Below are positions 43,831 through 51,504 of a DNA stretch of 64,000 bases, in pieces (positions within the stretch are counted from its first letter, which is position 1; each line of letters starts with the position of its first letter). The notes under the pieces were generated by a model. The model ran no database searches. It had not been told where the DNA came from and was given only the letters and a program-made list of their open reading frames with translations. This stretch comes from Flectonema sp. DT1601. Taxonomy: Eukaryota. The translations under genes and the position numbers were made by a program. Location: the NCBI GenBank assembly GCA_964019425.1, contig OZ025781.1, positions 496,001 through 560,000 of the forward strand, given 5' to 3'.

Positions 43831-46767
43831 TGGGATCACGACACCTGCCTCCTCGCGGCGGTCCCGGACGACTTCGATAGGGGTCGACAAGACGGTGTCA
43901 AACGCAAGGGATGCGAACAACATCAACACCAACCACCACATCAAGAGCATCCGAACACTGGATGTTTCTTATCCAACAAAGAAAGAAACAGGCTGGCCCA
44001 TGCCTTGAATGGCAATGGTGGAACAAGGAAGGACAGCAGAGACCGACGCCCGCGGGACGACACTCGCGACAGGGACGAGGACCGCACGGACAAGGAAGAA
44101 CGCCGGCTGGCGAAACTCGAGAAGGAAAAACTCGAGTCGCTAGACGAAATCGAGGAAGAGAAGCAGCGGCTGGGGCAACAGAGAATGGCCATGGAGCAGC
44201 ACCACCACCAGAAGGAAACCAACCTTCAAGGACAAGAAAAACAGTTGGAACAGCAACGCCAACACCAACAACAAGAACTGCAAAGTCAGTACCACCAACA
44301 ACAGCAGCAACTGCAAAGCCACCATCAGCTGAAGGAAACGGAAAGTCTCCAGAAGGAGCAAAACCTACAGGCTCAACTCAAAGAGCAACATCAGCACCAA
44401 CAGAAGGAATTGGAGAAGCAATACCGCCAACGACAACAGCAACTGGAAAGCCAGCAGCAGAAGAAGGACGCCGAGTCTGAACAGCAAACGCATCTGACTC
44501 GGTCACAACTACAGAAGGAAAAGGAATCCTTCCAGACGGAGAAGGAACGGCTCCACCTCCAGCTGGATCAGCAGCTAAAGAACGAGAAGGAGCACCTCCA
44601 CCGAAAGCTCAAGGAGCAGATTGGACAAGAAAAAGTCCAACAACAACAAAAGCTCCAACAGAAGGAAGACGAGATCCAACGGCGTGAGGAAGAGGTGAAC
44701 CGAGGACAGCAGCAACTACACCAACAGCAGCAACAACTAGAGCAACAGCAACAGCAATCGCAACATCAGCAACTGGAACTACAACAACAACGGCAACAAC
44801 AACAACAACAGCATCAACAACTGGAACTGGAACAACAACAACTACAACAGCAACTGCAACTGCAACAACATCGACAACCGCAACAACAACCGCAACAGCA
44901 ACCCGTACACTACATGCAACATCAACCGTATGCAACGTACGACACCTACGCCCAGCAGCAGCAGCAGTCTTCCCACTACGAAGGACTACAACAGGAACTG
45001 AAGCGCGAGAGAGAGGAGAAAAGCGAACTACGCGAGATGCTCCGAACTCTCCAACAACAACTGGACGGATTGAGAGAAGAACTCAAGGCCCAACATGCTG
45101 AGGCGAAGAGGCAGCAGGAAACGGCGGGACGGGAAGCGAGAGAGATGCAAGAACGTTTCTTGCTAGAACTCGAAGCGGAACGGGTCCAGATCAGAGGACT
45201 CAACTCGCTGAGAGAAGAGGAAGAGGAACATCAGATGGACACCACCCCTGATCAGGAAGCAAACACGGAAGTGAAGCAAACGCCACCGGTGAAGCTGCCC
45301 CAAGACGGTATGAGGGAGCTGGACGCCTCACGCAAGAAGCTGATGAAAGAAATCAATGAAGGGCAGGTAGCCGGACGATCGGCCATCCAAGAGCAGATGG
45401 TCCGAGAGGCCGGGAGACTGGCGCAGACTCAGAAGAGCTGGGAGAACGCAGCACGCAAGGAGCGATCCAGGGTGGATAACCTCTCGCTGGCACCGGAGTA
45501 TTGGCCAGAGGGAATGGCAATTACGAAGGAGCAGTACGACGCCGGTACAAAGGGAGTACACCTCACCACCAGAGAGGAGGCAAGGAAGAGGATGTCGGGA
45601 ACACCTCCGGGAGCCTGGGAAACGTTATCCCTAGTAACCCTGGAACCACCATCAGACACGGCGCAGAAAGTACAGGTAGTACTTAAGGAGACGACGAGCG
45701 ACGGCGAGAAGAGAATTCTCAAGCAGCTCTGGATGACAACACTGGGAAGAGTGGTTGTACCATCCGGAACAGACGTCGTGCGGACGGAAAGCACGAGGGA
45801 GATGGTTGTCCGAGTGGACAAAAAATGGTCCGGAGAGAAGAGATGGTCGGAAGTGAAGCGCTCCCCGATCAGGGCAACGGAAGAGTTGAGGAAGATGCAG
45901 GGGTATGTCGATACGTACAACCCGCGGATCGGAGACCAGAGCGTCACGGTGATGCTCAGGGTGAAGGTAGCCGAAGTGAAGAACTTCCTCCGAGAATCGG
46001 GGAAGGACGGCGTCTTCACCAAGGAAAAGGATCCGAGAGAAGAACGAGCAGTGAAGGCGGCGGTCATTTGGCTACCGAAGGACGAGACACTCGGAATCGC
46101 TCGGGACAAGGCTGTAGAAGTCGATGGAGGGCTGGGACTTGTGGTAAACGAACACGGACTCGGGCTTCGAGTGACCAGCTGGCAGGAAACGGCGGCGAGG
46201 GAGAAACTGCACCTGCCGGCTAAGCTACCGGAAACAAAGATCACGGGTATCCCGATCGGCACAACCACCGACGAAGCGATCAAGTGGCTGATCACGAAGG
46301 AAGGCTGGGAAGTGAGGAAGACGAAGGAAGGCGTACGGAACGGCATGCGATGGATGGTCGTCCGCGGTCCGGTGAGAACGCAGGAAACCATCACGGTGGA
46401 TGGCGTCCTGTGCATGGTGGAGGCTGGGAAACAGAAGGTGGAAGTCGACCCGAAACGGAAGGAGACCAAACGCCCGAATGCGACACCGACAAAACCGGAG
46501 AAAAGGCGTGACCCGACGGAGGGAACGGGAGGAAAGTGGTACACTCGATTGGAGTTCATCGAGTTTCATGGGAAGAAGAAGGGACAACGCCTATGGTTAG
46601 AAGCCAGCAACCCAACACCAACTACGACGGCACCTACGAAGGCAGCGACCGCAACGACAACAGCGAAAAAGGAGCCCAAGTCGACAAAAAAGAAGGAGAA
46701 CAGCTCAGTGGACGAGAGATTGGACCGACTGGAACGTCTACTGATGGCGTTCATGGAACGGAATTGA
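43831..46767 (+). CDS. Retrotransposon ORF1 (Gln-rich coiled coil, RRM-like C-terminal region); true start unclear
   Basis: Frame is open from the insertion junction to TGA at 46765-46767. First in-frame ATG is at 44185. The frame is preserved across indels in copy C. Confidence 0.85.
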   Translation, partial: WDHDTCLLAAVPDDFDRGRQDGVKRKGCEQHQHQPPHQEHPNTGCFLSNKERNRLAHALNGNGGTRKDSRDRRPRDDTRDRDEDRTDKEERRLAKLEKEKLESLDEIEEEKQRLGQQRMAMEQHHHQKETNLQGQEKQLEQQRQHQQQELQSQYHQQQQQLQSHHQLKETESLQKEQNLQAQLKEQHQHQQKELEKQYRQRQQQLESQQQKKDAESEQQTHLTRSQLQKEKESFQTEKERLHLQLDQQLKNEKEHLHRKLKEQIGQEKVQQQQKLQQKEDEIQRREEEVNRGQQQLHQQQQQLEQQQQQSQHQQLELQQQRQQQQQQHQQLELEQQQLQQQLQLQQHRQPQQQPQQQPVHYMQHQPYATYDTYAQQQQQSSHYEGLQQELKREREEKSELREMLRTLQQQLDGLREELKAQHAEAKRQQETAGREAREMQERFLLELEAERVQIRGLNSLREEEEEHQMDTTPDQEANTEVKQTPPVKLPQDGMRELDASRKKLMKEINEGQVAGRSAIQEQMVREAGRLAQTQKSWENAARKERSRVDNLSLAPEYWPEGMAITKEQYDAGTKGVHLTTREEARKRMSGTPPGAWETLSLVTLEPPSDTAQKVQVVLKETTSDGEKRILKQLWMTTLGRVVVPSGTDVVRTESTREMVVRVDKKWSGEKRWSEVKRSPIRATEELRKMQGYVDTYNPRIGDQSVTVMLRVKVAEVKNFLRESGKDGVFTKEKDPREERAVKAAVIWLPKDETLGIARDKAVEVDGGLGLVVNEHGLGLRVTSWQETAAREKLHLPAKLPETKITGIPIGTTTDEAIKWLITKEGWEVRKTKEGVRNGMRWMVVRGPVRTQETITVDGVLCMVEAGKQKVEVDPKRKETKRPNATPTKPEKRRDPTEGTGGKWYTRLEFIEFHGKKKGQRLWLEASNPTPTTTAPTKAATATTTAKKEPKSTKKKENSSVDERLDRLERLLMAFMERN
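43832..43899 (+). ncRNA. Predicted HDV-like self-cleaving ribozyme at the element 5' end (copy B)
   Basis: P1 GGGAUC/GGUCCC; P2 GACACC/GGUGUC; P3-L3 GCC-UCCUCGC-GGC; P1.1 GG; P4 CGACUUC-GAUA-GGGGUCG; J4/2 ACAA with candidate catalytic C43888. Folded by eye. Confidence 0.88.
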
Positions 46768-49700
46768 CCGGCGGAGGACGGAAGGAACTGGGCGGAGACA
46801 CGGAGACGTCTCCTGCTACAAGCTGGCGACGTTGAGAGGAACCCCGGACCGAGACCACGAATCGATGGGCTCACCGTGGGAACAATCAATGTCACCACAC
46901 TAGAAGGAAAAATAGATGCCATCACAGATCTGAACCTAGATCTGATAGCTCTACAGGAAACTTCTCTGACGGGCCCACAGCAACGCCAGATGAAAAAACA
47001 GCTCGGTGAGAGAGGATGGGAAGCGACGTTCGGGTTAGAGTGCAAATTACTAACCGATGGGCAAAAGACGTGGACGGCGGCGGGAGGCGTGGCCATCTTG
47101 ACGCGCACTGGTACACCGGTGAGAAGGATAAAACACGATCGGCTCGACAACACAGGACGATTCGTACACGCGGGAGTGTCGTACGGAAATGGCAAGGTAC
47201 TGCACGTATTCTCGTTCTACGGAGACGTACGTTCGGCGGTCTACACGGAAGAGTTGATTGCGGAGATGCTCGTGGAAGCAGCAGCTCTGGGTGATGTTCC
47301 CGTATTTATAGCGGGGGACTTCAACGTCGAAACAACGGAATCGCCGGCGCTTCTGTCGGCTTTCGCACACGGACTCTGGATAGATGCCGCCGTCTCGATG
47401 GGAAACATGACACCGACAAGCGAAGCGGGAAAAGGACTTCGTAGAATCGATGCTATTCTGATGAACCGCGGGGCGGCGACAGCAATCTCGAATGACACAA
47501 CGATTCATGTGCATAAGAGTGAGCTGATCCCGACACACAAGCCGGTCATCATTAGAAAGCTCAGCATCTCACGCTACAACGAGAAGGCTCCTAGGCTGAT
47601 AGTACCGAAACAGTTGGATACCTCCGAGACAACGGACCCGAGTGAGGGGAAGGCCGAAAGGCAACTCCACTGGACGCGAGCTGTAGCGACGGAAGATCCT
47701 GACAAGATGCTGGAGGCGCTTGGAGAGATCATCGAAAGATACCTTCTGACGGGAAAGCTGGAGATAAGTAACCCAGCCAAGTACAAGGGACGCGGGAAGA
47801 AGCGTGAGCCTGTGATGTGGACGAACGCGGCGAAACAAGACGGGAGAGGAGCGACGTGCAGGGAAACGCGGAGAAGACTGCAGAAGATACGTGTTCTGGA
47901 GGAAGTGATGAAAATCACAAAGCAACGCGATGGTCCGACGGTGCCGTCCCACGAAGTAATGAAACTCTGGAAAAAATTACGAAAACTCGATCCGACGACG
48001 GGATCCGAAATACCACAGACGGAGGAGCTTCGGATACTACTACAACAAGCGAGACAGGAGCAAGCGATAGAAAGCAAGAAGCTCCGAACTGAACGCATCC
48101 GCATGTGGAAACGGAATGTTGTCGACAATTGGAATGACGACCGCACGAAGGTTTTCCAGTGGATCAGGAACGTCGAGCAATCGAAGACTGTTCTGATGGA
48201 AAAGGCAGATGGAAGCTGGACGGCCAACTGCTCCGAGATGGATGAGGCCATGCACGCGGCATGGGACCCCATACTCAAAAAGTACTTATCAGACCCGGAA
48301 CCAGACTGGATGAAGTTCGAAGAACGGTACAGCAACTACATCGAGGAACACCCGATGCGATGCGAAGATATCACCGGGGAGGACGTTGCAAAAGCCCTCA
48401 GAAGGACTAGCTCGCGCAAAGCAGCTGGGGTAGACGGCTTCAGGATATCGGAGCTCAAGTCGCTACCGGAGGACATGATTCAGATGATAGCGGAATTCTA
48501 CAACATAGTGGAGAGAACACACTGGCCGGAAGCACTTCTCACGGCACTGGTGTCGGCCATACCCAAAGGGGCAGGGACGAAACCACTGGAGCAGAGACCC
48601 ATTACGGTGACATCCGCACTTTACAGGCTATGGGGCTGTATACGTATGGAAAAGGATGTAATGGAGTGGCAAGAGAAGTGGGCTCACGACGGGCAGTACG
48701 GCTACCGGAAGGGGAGATCTACGCTCGACCTCAGCTGGAAGATAGCACTAGACGTGGAACACGCAACTCTCTACGGAGAAGAGATTGCAGGAGTGACCAC
48801 GGACTTCAGGAAGTGTTTCGACCTGATCCCGCACGACATCCTCCTGAAATTGGTGAAGGAATTGGGCCTCGGTGATAAGATCCTGAGAACTGTGACGGAT
48901 GTCTACCGGCGACTCAGAAGGAGATTCAAGTTCCCGAGCGGCGTCGGAGAAGAATTTGCCACCACCAACGGAATACTGCAAGGATGCCCGCTCAGCGTGG
49001 TGCTCTTCAATGCGCTGAGCTCGATACTCAGCAAAGCAATCGAGAGGGAAGCCGATGTGACGCCCGGATCGTATGCGGACGACCTGACATTGTTTGGATC
49101 ACGAACGAAGCTACAAGAAGGCGTAGAAGTCGTTGCGGAGTTCTGCACCCTGACCGGACAAGAACTCGCGCCTCAGAAATGCAAGTGGTTCTCGAACAGA
49201 GACCAGGGCCAGACCAACATCACAATGGGGGACACAACACTGGACTTCGATGACAGTGTCGATATCGTGGGATGCCACCTCAGTATGAAAGGAACCACCA
49301 AGCAGATGGGGAGGATCACGGAAGAAGTGCTCGATAGAGCGAGGCGAATCCGGTTACTTCCGCTCAGATATCAAGCGAAGGAACAGATAGCTGCAGCTAG
49401 TGTCATGCCCAAGGCGCTCTTCGGAACGGCACTGTACGATCCCGATGCGACGCGACTCGGACTGCTGAGAAGAGCAATGGCAACGGGGATTTTCCGCAAA
49501 CTTGGAGGGAAAAGAACTAAGATGTCGCACACCATGGGCCTAACGCTACTCTGCAAGGGACATTGTGTGGATCCCGCGACGTACATTAGGTACAACAGAC
49601 TCCTTGCACTCACCAGAATGCTACCGAAGCTAACTGAGAGGATACGCAGGGTATGGGAACACCTGCAGGAGCACACTGAAGCGACGAGAGGACCAGTCGG

Positions 49701-51504
49701 CCTCGCCCTGAGTACTCTGAAGGAACTTGGATGGGAATGGTCAACTTTCTCGGTCTTCGAAGGTCCGGGAGGGATGACCGAACACGGAAGGCTGGATGCG
49801 GGGCGCTGGCGGCACGATGTCAGAGAGGCGTGCAGGCGTTTCACCTGGAACAAAACAATTGCGGAAACGAGACGGGTAAACCTGAGAGGTATTGAAGCGG
49901 GCATCGACCGGAAAGAGACCCTGAAGGTCCTGAAGGAAGGAAAGGGCGACCCCTACCTGCGCGGAGTAGTGAAGCACTGCCTCCTGGACAACGTGTACAC
50001 TGGCTCGATGAAGGCGGGAAACAAGAACTGCGCGCACTGCGAGGAGGTTGACGACGTAGAGAGGACGGAGACCCTCGAGCACGTGAACTGGGATTGCAGA
50101 GCTTATGACACAATACGACAGGAATATCCGCAAGTGATGCTACAAGTTCGATGCGATTGGCCCAATTGCCTGAGGCTACTCGGCATCAAGCCCGACAATG
50201 TGGAACTGCCGGCGGGGCTCACCGGAGACCTACAACGAATGTTCGCACGGATCAGGCTCCGCAGGGACGACTACCAACAACTGGAGGAGAGACGGCTGAC
50301 GGTTGTGGAATACGCTGGGAACAAGGAACCGGAAGTAGTTATGCGATACAACAACAAACTGGAAAAGTACATGCCAGTATACACCCAATGGCCCGAAGCC
50401 CTTGGATTGACCTTGTACTTAGCGCTTGCGAGCTACCTGAGGGAACTGAAGTGGCCTCGACAGCCAGACGGGGTCGGAGTCACCTTCCTGGAATTAGCGA
50501 TCGACTTCGAAGCGTATGCGGGGGTTGACATACCGACCACAGTCCACGAAGGCCACGTAGCGAAGTGCACCAAAGACAGAGCCGCCGGGAAGAAAGCTGA
50601 CGTCATGTGTGGACTGATGCTAAGATTGAACTTGGTTCACAAGCATTTAGAAGGCGAGGAACAAAGAACCTTTCCCGACTACTGCGTAGGAAGCAACAAA
50701 GCCTTACGTCCACTAGGAGCCCCGGTACTGAAAGGTTTGAAGAAACGACCAGCTTTTCTGATGGGAGACGAAACAGTAGACACAATTCGGAGGACGGTCC
50801 AGGAGGCGAACGACGGAAAAGCTGACAAAATCAGATTCGGCTTCGAGACTGAGTGCAGGCACTCGAGCGAGAGGGAAGGGAGAGCGGAGAAATGGATAAC
50901 CGCGGCACGACTTTTCCCATCAAAGGAAAAAGACGTACAGCTGAGGAGGGAGCTCTGCGAGCGAGGACCGACACGCCCGCCACCCGAGGTCGTCAAGAGA
51001 CCGGGCATCGCGGAGGGACAAGGAACGATGAACTCGACGTGCTACGGGCACTTCAAGAAGAAATGCAATAGTTGTCGACGGGCCGGAAACACCATCTACC
51101 AGTGCTGCCACAACCATCACACTCTGGGGGATGAAGATGGACAAATACCGATATGGGACTTTTGCAGCAAGCACAAGCTTACTCCATGTGCAGTCTGCAT
51201 AGTGATCGGCAGAGGATCTGAGCAATGTTGCAGAAACAGCCACCACCGATGCCGTCACCACGAGATGGCTCCCTGCAACGACTGCAAGCGGAATCCGGAT
51301 CCGGAACAACGGACTGCCACGAAATGCTGCAACAAAAAGCATCACGGGCCAATTATAAGGACGTTGACGAGGAGGGCGAAGCAGCCGACGAAGCATGATA
51401 CGCAAACCAGCACATCGCTTCTAAAATTAGGTTTCACCAAACAAATGAAACCGAAAGCAGAGGAAACCCCGGAAAGGGAACCACAGGACAAGGGGTTAAC
51501 TTAG
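46768..51504 (+). CDS. Retrotransposon ORF2: 2A peptide + APE endonuclease + reverse transcriptase + CCHC knuckle + triple Cys/His repeat
   Basis: APE motifs GTINV, IALQET, GGVAIL, GDFNV and RIDAIL; RT motifs RPITV, DFRKCFD, GILQGCPLS and YADD; C-x2-C...H-x4-C. Same frame as ORF1, no ATG before the APE domain, no RNase H recognised. Confidence 0.93.
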   Translation, partial: PAEDGRNWAETRRRLLLQAGDVERNPGPRPRIDGLTVGTINVTTLEGKIDAITDLNLDLIALQETSLTGPQQRQMKKQLGERGWEATFGLECKLLTDGQKTWTAAGGVAILTRTGTPVRRIKHDRLDNTGRFVHAGVSYGNGKVLHVFSFYGDVRSAVYTEELIAEMLVEAAALGDVPVFIAGDFNVETTESPALLSAFAHGLWIDAAVSMGNMTPTSEAGKGLRRIDAILMNRGAATAISNDTTIHVHKSELIPTHKPVIIRKLSISRYNEKAPRLIVPKQLDTSETTDPSEGKAERQLHWTRAVATEDPDKMLEALGEIIERYLLTGKLEISNPAKYKGRGKKREPVMWTNAAKQDGRGATCRETRRRLQKIRVLEEVMKITKQRDGPTVPSHEVMKLWKKLRKLDPTTGSEIPQTEELRILLQQARQEQAIESKKLRTERIRMWKRNVVDNWNDDRTKVFQWIRNVEQSKTVLMEKADGSWTANCSEMDEAMHAAWDPILKKYLSDPEPDWMKFEERYSNYIEEHPMRCEDITGEDVAKALRRTSSRKAAGVDGFRISELKSLPEDMIQMIAEFYNIVERTHWPEALLTALVSAIPKGAGTKPLEQRPITVTSALYRLWGCIRMEKDVMEWQEKWAHDGQYGYRKGRSTLDLSWKIALDVEHATLYGEEIAGVTTDFRKCFDLIPHDILLKLVKELGLGDKILRTVTDVYRRLRRRFKFPSGVGEEFATTNGILQGCPLSVVLFNALSSILSKAIEREADVTPGSYADDLTLFGSRTKLQEGVEVVAEFCTLTGQELAPQKCKWFSNRDQGQTNITMGDTTLDFDDSVDIVGCHLSMKGTTKQMGRITEEVLDRARRIRLLPLRYQAKEQIAAASVMPKALFGTALYDPDATRLGLLRRAMATGIFRKLGGKRTKMSHTMGLTLLCKGHCVDPATYIRYNRLLALTRMLPKLTERIRRVWEHLQEHTEATRGPVGLALSTLKELGWEWSTFSVFEGPGGMTEHGRLDAGRWRHDVREACRRFTWNKTIAETRRVNLRGIEAGIDRKETLKVLKEGKGDPYLRGVVKHCLLDNVYTGSMKAGNKNCAHCEEVDDVERTETLEHVNWDCRAYDTIRQEYPQVMLQVRCDWPNCLRLLGIKPDNVELPAGLTGDLQRMFARIRLRRDDYQQLEERRLTVVEYAGNKEPEVVMRYNNKLEKYMPVYTQWPEALGLTLYLALASYLRELKWPRQPDGVGVTFLELAIDFEAYAGVDIPTTVHEGHVAKCTKDRAAGKKADVMCGLMLRLNLVHKHLEGEEQRTFPDYCVGSNKALRPLGAPVLKGLKKRPAFLMGDETVDTIRRTVQEANDGKADKIRFGFETECRHSSEREGRAEKWITAARLFPSKEKDVQLRRELCERGPTRPPPEVVKRPGIAEGQGTMNSTCYGHFKKKCNSCRRAGNTIYQCCHNHHTLGDEDGQIPIWDFCSKHKLTPCAVCIVIGRGSEQCCRNSHHRCRHHEMAPCNDCKRNPDPEQRTATKCCNKKHHGPIIRTLTRRAKQPTKHDTQTSTSLLKLGFTKQMKPKAEETPEREPQDKGLT
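46789..46851 (+). other. 2A (StopGo) ribosome-skipping peptide WAETRRRLLLQAGDVERNPG|P (copy B)
   Basis: Exact D[VI]ExNPGP consensus at 46828-46851, preceded by LLxQAG, immediately before APE motif I. Confidence 0.92.

Noticed and set aside
45429..46559. 376-aa minus-strand ORF (also 61643-62773) and other antisense ORFs in the element
   Set aside because: Antisense shadows of ORF1/ORF2 codon bias with no recognisable domain.
46876..46878. GTG as the ORF2 start, as in the ORF track
   Set aside because: It lies within the first APE strand, and the frame continues upstream through an intact 2A motif to the ORF1 stop.
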